From the NCBI GenBank assembly GCA_904063045.1, contig CAJFCJ010000054.1, positions 1 through 64,000 on the forward strand: 64,000 nucleotides of DNA, read 5' to 3'. Below, one piece after another: positions 35,753 to 44,639 of this stretch (the first letter of the stretch is position 1; the number at the start of each line of letters is the position of its first letter). The translations under genes were made by a program, and so were the position numbers. Source of the DNA: Dimorphilus gyrociliatus. Its lineage: Eukaryota; Animalia; Annelida. The notes under the pieces were generated by a model that was given only the letters and a program-made list of their open reading frames with translations, searched no databases and was not told the DNA's origin.

Positions 35753-38700
35753 CTAGAGGTCTAACGACACCTTTCTTCCACCCTTTCGCTTTTTTTCTAT
35801 AGCAAAATTGATCATTTGTTGTTTGTATTCTTTTGTCAAATCATTATTTGATATATCCACTTTTAGCAAGTTTTGCAGTTGATTTAAAAAGTCTATGAAA
35901 GCTTTTACAATGTTATTGTCAATTGCAATACTTTGAATAAAAATACATTCCAAAATGGGTGCACTGGGAGAGAGACTTTGGAAGAATCTTTGAAGGCATT
36001 CATTACCAATTCTATTGAAACTTATATCAAAGACTTTTAAAGAGAATTGCATAGACAGGAATGTTTGCAGATGTTTGCAAGTGATCTCGTTCAAACTTGC
36101 ATCACTCAACAGAATTTCTGTACAATAGATGAATGTACTGGTTGTATCAGTGAAAAATGATTTCAAATTGTAAGAATTCAAATCCATATATGTAAAATTC
36201 ATCACCATCTCTTTTAGCAATAAATTACTGTTACTTGGAAATTGAAGCAGACTTTTTTCAATTACATTCTTTAAATGACCAAAAACTGTACTGTTATTTT
36301 TGGCTGGACAGAACACTTCACTTGCACAAAGGTTGACTATTGCTAAAACTTTAATATCTTGTTTATGCCTTTTCTGTAAGGCTAAAAAGATTCTTTTGTC
36401 ACCCTTATACTTAATTACTATTTTATTGAATTGGTGTACAGATTTCTTACATAGGTAGAGGAAGAGGCTCATATCACCTGCATTCCGAATGTTTAAAGAT
36501 AAGGTACTTCCCAGAAATTTCCCTTCGGAAAGTGCTTTAAACAATGGCACACCTGATGGATCTAATGATCTGGAGACAAAGAATTTTCTCAGGTAGTAAT
36601 TTTCAATTGCAGGTAATATGAATAATTTATTCCAACCATGAATTAAAGGGAAAATAGCTTGTGGATTATATCTTATAATTCCAGTGGATAAGAGACTGTC
36701 AAGCTTCATTGATGTTAAATTTGTATAGTATTGTACTAGGACATCATTTGTATTGTTGTTGTTATTTTCCCATTGGAAATGACTCCTTTTCTTCTCATTT
36801 AAAATCTTTATAAACTGTTGAATTGCATTTTGTAAGGCAGGATCATGTTGATTATACTTCTCAGATAAAGTTAAAAATACAAGTAAAAAACACAAAGGAT
36901 GAGTGCAAAATTCCTTGAAGCCTTTTAAAGAAGTCATCAACATGGAATAATTGTATTTGATTGCTGAAAATGTATTGCTTCCAGAATAACTACAATAGAT
37001 GTCCTTAAGACTGTTCATATTGTGTTTGGGATTGATACCTTTTATTGTGAATATATAATCTATAGGAATTGATGGTTGCCTTAAATTTCTAATGAAAATC
37101 AACTTTCTAATTTTCCATGCCATCTCTTCTCTAAGAATTCTGCTTAGATTACTATCCGGATAGTTTGAATGTTCTTCATCATCATCAATAAGAATCAACA
37201 ACTTTTTGGGATAATATTCCAAAAGCATATTCAAATTCTCCTTTATCCTATTAATGCCGTTTCTCAAATGTTTATAATTTGAATCAAACAAGCAGTCAAC
37301 TAAGGATATGGGGCTTTTTATCTCACTCAACATTAACCTTAATACCAAAAGATTTTGCAGTTTCTCCTCCTTCGACCATAAATACAGAATTCTATTGAAC
37401 AGTGTTGTTTTGCCAATTTGAGCCGATCCAATAATGAAATTATTCACTGCCGAATTGCTGATGGATTCCAAAAACATAACATCAGCTAAATTGCTGGTTG
37501 TTTTTTGAAAAGGTTTAATTTGCTTCAAAAGTAATGGCATATATAATTGGTTGAAAAATTTGGTGTATTCTGGTTGAGCAACTGTTTTTAGGTCGATATT
37601 GGGTAGAAATTTCACGCCATCTAAATAATTTTTATGACAGTTAGCTGTTAAGTTTACAAAATTCTGCCAAATTCTGGTTAAGCTGGGATTTTGACCATTG
37701 TCATTGTTCAATCTAGCCTTTTTTACTATATTCGACATATTACTTTTTGCTTTGTTAAGCCAAGGAAAGAATTTTGAATGATAGACACTATTTGATGAGA
37801 TAATATCGGTTATCTTCTTTAAAATTAATAATCTGCTTTCCTCATTTATTTCCAATGTTACATTACTCAAATTTCGACATTTGACTAAAAAATTGACGAT
37901 ATTATCTATATCCTCTTTTATAATTGAACCTGACAGGTGAAATACTCTCAATGTCAATGAAGAATTCTTTAAATGTTTAAATATATCTGACAGTAGTCTT
38001 TTCTTGTTCTTGTTCTTGTTCTTGTTCTCCTTCTCCTTCTTCTCTCTCTCCTTTTCCATATCCTCCTTCTCCTCCTTCTCCAATTCCTTCTCTGTGTCCT
38101 CCTTCTCCTTCTCCTTCTTCTCCTTCTCTATCTCCTTTTCCATATCCTCCTTCTCCTCCTTCTCCAATTCCTTCTCTGTGTCCTCCTTCTCCTTCTCCTT
38201 CTTCTCCTTCTCTATCTCCTTTTCCATAAACTCCTTCTCCATCTCCTTCTCTATATCCTCCTCCCCCTTCTCCCTCTCCTTGTCCTTTGTTGTTCTAGCA
38301 GTTGGTCTGCTGTTGTCTTGCCTTTCACCAAAAGTTATATAGATCTCCTCAAGGTAGTGGCAATGATCAAACAATTTGCTCAAGCTATCTAAACAATGTT
38401 TGGTTATTGGACATTTGTTTATATTGAAAACTTTCAAGTTGGAAGATTTTCTTAATGAATCAAATATTTCACCTAAACTGTTAGTAATAGCTGGATTTCC
38501 GCCAATGTCAATTTCACTTAAATTTGGACATACCTTCAGTAGTTCTGCCAACTCTTTGCCATTTTGTTCATTGAAATTGCACAAATTGAATTTTAAAGAT
38601 TGCAGTGTTGGACTTGCTAATTTCAATTTTGATATAATCTGGATGTCATTCTCTTGATCATCATCATTTGAAATTTCCAACAGGTTCTCATTTGAACTCA

Positions 38701-41700
38701 TGTCCAAGTAACGTAAAGATCTGCAATAAATGAGAAGATGGCTCAAATTCTGTCCATGTTCTCTGTACGACAACTTACAGGATCTCAAAATCAAGAAATG
38801 AAGAAAAGGAGCACAAGACTTAATTATTGCAGGTATAATTTCAAGCATAGGAGGTTCATTATTACTCAAATTCAGGTATTTCAATCTTCTGAAAGCCATA
38901 AAGAAATTATGTAAATTTTTCAAAGCCCAATTTCTCAAATCTTGAAAAAGAAGATTTCTAAATTCCCTAACAGCTTCATCCTTAAATAACGACTCATTCA
39001 ATATGCATTTCTTAAAATGAGATAAGTTGTTAAAATCATCAGGCTGTTCACTCTTTATGTCTTTCAAAAGGCTTTCCTTAAGCTTGATGACATCATTACA
39101 CTGGTATTTCCTGGAAACTAAATTCTGTTCCAAAGTTTGTACAGACATTTTCTCAAGGAGAATACTCCTGAAATAGTTTAAATCTTTATTTTGAAACTTT
39201 GTTGAAAAGAGTCCTCCTTCCAAGTGATAAAAATTTGTTGCAGTTAAATCTTGCAATAGATACTCTTTAGTATTTTCATCATCAACAGTATTGAGATCCC
39301 TTATTTTACAACTAGAAATATCCAAGTAGAGTAAGTTACTCTGATTTGATTGTACACTTGAATAGAAAATGTTCAAGTGCTTGCCAATATTTTCATTTCT
39401 ACTCAAATTTATACTTTGAGCATTTGGTAGAGATTTGAAAAGATCCCAAAATGCTTTCAAACTTTTCTGAGAGAGATTACAATTAGAAAAATTCAACTTT
39501 AATATTGTTGACTTGGATGATGACTGTGAAAGAGCTTCAAATATTTCCGCCATTCTCTCTTCTCTAATTTCAACATTATTATGTATCCAGAAAATCTCTA
39601 AGCATTTACATTCAGCCAGGAATTCTTTCAATTTATTACTTTTGCCAATTTTCAGTTTGCAATCGTTAATCTTTAAAATTTTCATAATTTTATTAGTTGA
39701 TAAAGCTGTAAACAAATCAGAGCAAACTTCCTCATTAATTACATTTCCACTTAAATCTAGATTTTCCAATTGGGAGCATTTCTTTAAGAATTTACTGACA
39801 ACTTTTAGACTATTCTCGTTTAATTTGCATCTACTCAAATTGATGCTTTTTAACTTACTCGACGAATTCTCTAAACTCTCAATAACCTCTCGGAACATTC
39901 CGTAAAATTGCGTATTGTGTGAGATATCGATTTGAGATAAATTTTTTAAATTCTTCAGCAAAATGATAAGATTTTCATATTGATAAACACGATTTAAGTT
40001 GCATTTTGACAGATTTACAGATTTCAATTTTTTATTTACCTTTTTGAAAATATGGTTAAATTCAGAATCCAAACAGATAATTTGCGATAAATGCAAATAT
40101 TCCAACTGTTTGAAATTCTTGATTATTTGACTAAGGAGAAAACAACTCTCTTTATCCAAGTAACAATTCTCAACTGAAAATTCTTTTATTCCACTTTTCA
40201 TTGAATTTAGGCCTTGCCAGAAAATTAGCATTGCTTTATCAATAAATTTCACATCCTTTAGTTTAATTGATTGTAAACCTTTTAAAGAGAAAAGGCAACT
40301 TGAAAAGATTGAACTGATTCTGTTATCTATTTCAATATTTTCCAGGTGGAAATATTTCAATTTCTGGAATGATATATTCATAAATTTTTCAAATTCTTCC
40401 AAAAATCCAAAAATGTTGAAATTAGTCATTGAAACTCTCTGAATAGCATTACTTTTCATGACATAGCTCATAAATAGTCTGCAATTATCAACCTTCTCAT
40501 TCTCTTCCTTGTCTTCCTTGTTCAAATTCATTGTTTTTTTCTTTTCATTGCTGAACTGTGAAAAGTTGAGAAAGAATTTCTTCTTCTCTTCAGTAGAAGC
40601 TCCATAAAAGAATGGAATTTCAGCAAACATTATAAAATCACTTCTAATCGCTTCTTCGATGAATTTGTTGTGTTTTTCATCTTTTAACGGAATAATCTGA
40701 AACATTTCATTCTGAACATCGGAGTTGAGGAGAATCCTTGGCGATTCATCCTCAATTACAATAGATATTTCGTTGAGTGCCTTATTATTGGTGTTGGATT
40801 TATTTCTGTTGGAGGGAAGAAGCGATTGATTAGTATTTAAAAATGCTCTATAATTACTAGGGAGATCGTCTTGAATGGAATCATTGCTTTTCTGCTCATG
40901 AAACATTGAGTAGTAATTGCAGAAATGTTTGCTGCATTGCTTAAAAAAATCTTCATCTATCTCATCCAATTGACAATTTATAATAAAAGTATTTTTTAAA
41001 TTTTCTAAACTTTCCAGTTGATGAAAGAATTGTTTACAAAATTCACTTTTTAATATTTTATTATTTAATGTAATTGATTCCAAAGTATGAATATTTGTTA
41101 TCATTTCTACAAATCCTGTTGTTATTTCATCGTTCATTCCAATACTAAAGTACTCTACTCCAACTATTTCGTTTTCTTTGATACTGATGACAAGACCTAA
41201 CCCATATTTTTTGTCAAGATTTGATAGAGTAATTCTTAAAGTAGCCGAATCTTTGTCTTCATAAAATGGGTCACTTGCTGTTGCTTCAATATCATATTCC
41301 CTTGTGTTTATTGGTGTTGTTGTTGACTTGAGAATGAGCTTTTTCAACTTTTTCATGTTCAAAACTGATTTGAGTAATTTATCAAAATTCATTTCCAGAT
41401 CATTTAGCCTGATTTCCTCTTCTTCAAAGATTAAACATTTCAATTTTTTACAATTGCTAATCCTTTCGAAGAAGCAGATTTTATCTGAATCATCTCTAAA
41501 TGTACATTCGCTCAGCTCCAATTCCTCAATTTCCTCTTGAAACCTTTTAAAGATGATTCCTATTGTATACTCGTTTAATGTCTCCTTTTTCACTCTGACT
41601 GTTTGGTGAGAATCATTGCCAATAATTAATTCTTGTAAATCTTTATCTTTCAAAACCTTATCTTTAAAGCAGGGTTCCAGTATCATTTTGTTGTAGGTTT

Positions 41701-43213
41701 TCTCACAGTAGTCTGCAAGAAATGCTATTATATTATAAATCTTTGGATTCTTAGTTCTATTGATGATTTCGTAAATATTTTCCATTTCCATTATATTATC
41801 GCTCTCCTTTGCTTTCTTCATATTTTCAACTTGTGTTTCTAAATGTTTTGCTGCAAAATACTCTTTGAACAAGTTGCAATGAAATTTCAAATTAGGCTCA
41901 GAGTGAGTGTCATCAACTTTTGTAAATAGAACATTTGAATAGCATTTCGCTATTTCCTCTATTTTGTCAAACTCTTGAATTGGGCTACCATCTTCTTGTA
42001 TGATGTTGTTGAAACAAAATTGAAAGAAATTCTTTTGAACATCTTTCTCTTCAAAGTGCTGGCCATATTTGCATATTGGATCCAACATAGAATATGGAGT
42101 CTTCTTGTTAAACAGGTCCTTGTTTTCTAACCAAAGGCTCGAGATTATCATAGCAATCTTTGGAGTTTCACTCAATTGCCTTAATTTCGAGTTGAAGTCC
42201 CATAATTGTTTACTTTGCTGTTTCACCATTTTTGTGTATAATGCTTGAATTTGTTGATCATTAAATTTTAACAGTTGAAATACACCAGCAGCATTTATTC
42301 TTAAATCATTGTTTTGTAAACTTTCCACCCAGATAATCATTCTTATTGGATATTTTTCTTGCAATAAAAGTGTTGATATCCACTGCTTTTTCAAAAAACA
42401 TTCCTTACCTAAATCTATCAAGAGAGTTGTCTTTGAATTATCATCTTTCAACAATGCCTCTACAGTATCTTCTCTGATGTAGTCAAATATTTGGCTGTTG
42501 AAATTTTGCTTTTTCACCACTGCAGATAGACTGTTGGCTTCCTCATCTATTCGACTAACATTTATAGAGAGCAGCAGTTGGTGTTTTAACTGATAAGCTG
42601 CCTCCTTGTTGTTGGACCAGTTGTAGATGATTTGTTGACTTTGAAGAGTCTTACCTGCTCCAGGACATCCCACAAATATCCATTTCTTTTCTTTTATTTT
42701 TTTTTCAAATATTTCTTGAAAAACCTCTTCTTCCTCAAGTTCAACTGTTGTTTCTTCATTTTCAACATTTTCCTTAGTCTGTGACAGTTTTAATGGAACT
42801 CTAAAACTATCTAATTTTTGTCTATTATTTTGTCTCAATGGAAGGATTGGAACATTTGAAAGTTCTTCTTTTCGCCTCATTTTGACAAGTTTTATCAAAT
42901 TTTCCCAAACTTCAACTTTCTTTTCGTCGGTAAAGTTTTGAGCCAACTGTTGTGATTGTTTATTGTCCATTTCACTGAACAGTCCCGTCAGGGAGAATTC
43001 ATTGTTGAAAATATCATTAATAGTTGCATCTATTATTTTTGCTTTGTCATTGCTTTCTTCATAGCTTTGCTTATTGTCTTGACCTTGTTCACAGTTGTAG
43101 ATGCCTTCCTGTACAAGAAAGTCGGTAGCGAAAAAAAAATTGTTTTTATTATCAAGTAATTTTTGCAACTTTGTTTCATGTTTGGTCAATAGTAGTCTTC
43201 TAACAGCATCCAT
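35753..43213 (-). CDS. 2486-aa intronless NLR-like protein: CARD-like - NACHT - LRR (with E/K insert) - second NACHT - LRR
   Basis: Uninterrupted ORF, ACCATGG start; Walker A GCPGAGKT (42648-42670) with FHCNLFKEYFAAKHL winged-helix motif; many LxxLxLSxN/C repeats; second Walker A GSAQIGKT (37402-37428) with LLILIDD; terminal LRRs. Confidence 0.92.
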   Translation of the reverse strand: MDAVRRLLLTKHETKLQKLLDNKNNFFFATDFLVQEGIYNCEQGQDNKQSYEESNDKAKIIDATINDIFNNEFSLTGLFSEMDNKQSQQLAQNFTDEKKVEVWENLIKLVKMRRKEELSNVPILPLRQNNRQKLDSFRVPLKLSQTKENVENEETTVELEEEEVFQEIFEKKIKEKKWIFVGCPGAGKTLQSQQIIYNWSNNKEAAYQLKHQLLLSINVSRIDEEANSLSAVVKKQNFNSQIFDYIREDTVEALLKDDNSKTTLLIDLGKECFLKKQWISTLLLQEKYPIRMIIWVESLQNNDLRINAAGVFQLLKFNDQQIQALYTKMVKQQSKQLWDFNSKLRQLSETPKIAMIISSLWLENKDLFNKKTPYSMLDPICKYGQHFEEKDVQKNFFQFCFNNIIQEDGSPIQEFDKIEEIAKCYSNVLFTKVDDTHSEPNLKFHCNLFKEYFAAKHLETQVENMKKAKESDNIMEMENIYEIINRTKNPKIYNIIAFLADYCEKTYNKMILEPCFKDKVLKDKDLQELIIGNDSHQTVRVKKETLNEYTIGIIFKRFQEEIEELELSECTFRDDSDKICFFERISNCKKLKCLIFEEEEIRLNDLEMNFDKLLKSVLNMKKLKKLILKSTTTPINTREYDIEATASDPFYEDKDSATLRITLSNLDKKYGLGLVISIKENEIVGVEYFSIGMNDEITTGFVEMITNIHTLESITLNNKILKSEFCKQFFHQLESLENLKNTFIINCQLDEIDEDFFKQCSKHFCNYYSMFHEQKSNDSIQDDLPSNYRAFLNTNQSLLPSNRNKSNTNNKALNEISIVIEDESPRILLNSDVQNEMFQIIPLKDEKHNKFIEEAIRSDFIMFAEIPFFYGASTEEKKKFFLNFSQFSNEKKKTMNLNKEDKEENEKVDNCRLFMSYVMKSNAIQRVSMTNFNIFGFLEEFEKFMNISFQKLKYFHLENIEIDNRISSIFSSCLFSLKGLQSIKLKDVKFIDKAMLIFWQGLNSMKSGIKEFSVENCYLDKESCFLLSQIIKNFKQLEYLHLSQIICLDSEFNHIFKKVNKKLKSVNLSKCNLNRVYQYENLIILLKNLKNLSQIDISHNTQFYGMFREVIESLENSSSKLKSINLSRCKLNENSLKVVSKFLKKCSQLENLDLSGNVINEEVCSDLFTALSTNKIMKILKINDCKLKIGKSNKLKEFLAECKCLEIFWIHNNVEIREERMAEIFEALSQSSSKSTILKLNFSNCNLSQKSLKAFWDLFKSLPNAQSINLSRNENIGKHLNIFYSSVQSNQSNLLYLDISSCKIRDLNTVDDENTKEYLLQDLTATNFYHLEGGLFSTKFQNKDLNYFRSILLEKMSVQTLEQNLVSRKYQCNDVIKLKESLLKDIKSEQPDDFNNLSHFKKCILNESLFKDEAVREFRNLLFQDLRNWALKNLHNFFMAFRRLKYLNLSNNEPPMLEIIPAIIKSCAPFLHFLILRSCKLSYREHGQNLSHLLIYCRSLRYLDMSSNENLLEISNDDDQENDIQIISKLKLASPTLQSLKFNLCNFNEQNGKELAELLKVCPNLSEIDIGGNPAITNSLGEIFDSLRKSSNLKVFNINKCPITKHCLDSLSKLFDHCHYLEEIYITFGERQDNSRPTARTTKDKEREKGEEDIEKEMEKEFMEKEIEKEKKEKEKEDTEKELEKEEKEDMEKEIEKEKKEKEKEDTEKELEKEEKEDMEKEREKKEKENKNKNKNKKRLLSDIFKHLKNSSLTLRVFHLSGSIIKEDIDNIVNFLVKCRNLSNVTLEINEESRLLILKKITDIISSNSVYHSKFFPWLNKAKSNMSNIVKKARLNNDNGQNPSLTRIWQNFVNLTANCHKNYLDGVKFLPNIDLKTVAQPEYTKFFNQLYMPLLLKQIKPFQKTTSNLADVMFLESISNSAVNNFIIGSAQIGKTTLFNRILYLWSKEEKLQNLLVLRLMLSEIKSPISLVDCLFDSNYKHLRNGINRIKENLNMLLEYYPKKLLILIDDDEEHSNYPDSNLSRILREEMAWKIRKLIFIRNLRQPSIPIDYIFTIKGINPKHNMNSLKDIYCSYSGSNTFSAIKYNYSMLMTSLKGFKEFCTHPLCFLLVFLTLSEKYNQHDPALQNAIQQFIKILNEKKRSHFQWENNNNNTNDVLVQYYTNLTSMKLDSLLSTGIIRYNPQAIFPLIHGWNKLFILPAIENYYLRKFFVSRSLDPSGVPLFKALSEGKFLGSTLSLNIRNAGDMSLFLYLCKKSVHQFNKIVIKYKGDKRIFLALQKRHKQDIKVLAIVNLCASEVFCPAKNNSTVFGHLKNVIEKSLLQFPSNSNLLLKEMVMNFTYMDLNSYNLKSFFTDTTSTFIYCTEILLSDASLNEITCKHLQTFLSMQFSLKVFDISFNRIGNECLQRFFQSLSPSAPILECIFIQSIAIDNNIVKAFIDFLNQLQNLLKVDISNNDLTKEYKQQMINFAIEKKRKGGRKVSLDL
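38004..38290 (-). repeat. Coding Glu/Lys-rich repeat, 84-bp (28-aa) unit x~2.5, plus (NK)n
   Basis: MEKEIEKEKKEKEKEDTEKELEKEEKED repeated; DNA period 84 bp. Confidence 0.9.
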
Positions 43214-43535
43214 GGTTTTTTTTCTCTGCTAGCTTTTTGCTTTCTCTTTTCCCTGTGAAAACATGTGAAAGAAAAAGCTATGAATGGCCTAAATAAAAAA
43301 AGCCAACCATTGACAACAAATTGTGTTTATTTGCTAAGTGAAAAGAAGCGCCTATGTGCTTTCAGTCTTATCCAAGTTGTCTAGATTAAATAGAAAAACG
43401 AAAGTAGAAAATAGCTACTTATATTTTCATTCTTATATTGACTTTTAAGATTAGGCTTGGGTTTGTAAAGGGTTTGTTTGTAAAGAGTAATTTTCTCAAT
43501 AACTCATCAAAGTACTCAAACAAATGGAATCTTTA

Positions 43536-43740
43536 AAACTAACATTGCAATAACTATCTTGTTCTTTTGTTTCACTCTGTCTTTTAACTAGTTTATTGAA
43601 CTATTATTATAGGCGTAGGTATAGCAACCATTTGAAAACTGTAATATGACACAACTAACTGTAATGTGTAATGATTGCAAAAATTGCGAAAATCAAGACA
43701 TTTATTACGTTCTAAACGTAGTTTTGAGTGACTTTGTCTG
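43536..43740 (-). repeat. Unclassified repeat family C; copies at ~57640-57815 (+) and ~62715-62852 (+)
   Basis: GCAATTTTT.CAATC.TTACACATTACAGTTAGTTGT..TGCTATA.CTAC.C..AATAATA.TT.AAT.AACTA.TTAAAAG.CAGA shared. Confidence 0.65.
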
Positions 43741-44639
43741 GTAGATGCGAATACACAATATTTGTAAATCCATCTAAAATTTATTGACAGCAGCTAAAAA
43801 TGGCCATTTTTAACAATTGTTCTGAAACAGCACTAAAAAGAATTTACAATATAGGTGGAGTGATGCAATTTTTCTCATCTTCTTCACTTGAACTTTAGAG
43901 GGCAGACTAAAATTTCAAATAAGTTTAGTATGTCAGATTCTTTTATAAGATGTAACAATTTTTGTAATATTCATTTCAAACATTGAATATGGTGAAGTTG
44001 GAACTGGTCCAAAAGTTAAAAATAGAAATTTTTTACCTTTCAATATTTTTAACAGGTTGATAGTTCCATAATTAATACTAAATTCATCATGTTTTGTTGT
44101 AAGAATTGTTTGTGTACAATTATAAATGTAAATATAAAGTAGTGAGTATGCTAAAATTCATCTTTGTCCGGATTATGGACTGCAGTACCATCTTTATATT
44201 CAAGCGGTATCCATTCTAGGATTGTGTGTTTGTGTAGGTATGTTCTTTTCAGTTCTAATTGTAACAGTGGAAACCAGTTTTCCCATTCCTTAAAATAGTA
44301 TGATGTATCAAGTAAGCAGAATGCTGTTCATTCATTTGGAAACCACTCGTTCAAACTAGTATTCAATGGAATCAATATTTTTACCAAAAGGGCGTTTTTT
44401 AAACAATTGAAATGGACTGTTTATAAAAGGTTTTTCATATGAATTCTGTTTGAAAAGATAGTCTTTTGGAGACATTCTCATTTCAACTTACGAAACTTAT
44501 GATGAAGGCAACTTTTCTAATTTTAAACGTTTGCTTCATTTTACTTTCTAAGGTAGATTGAATATTATCATATATTAGTAAAAAAAAACAGCCTAAAACC
44601 TCAATATTTAACATGATATTTCTAAAAAAATTTCCTATA

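Noticed and set aside
38004-38342. Phe/Ser-rich ORF on + strand (also 38376, 39513, 41304, 42956, and 63513 on -)
   Set aside because: Antisense shadows of the NLR coding sequence
43800-44460. Protein-like minus-strand text (LNEWFPNE*TAFCLLDTSYYFKEWENWFP..)
   Set aside because: Contains stops and I cannot assign a family; needs tBLASTx
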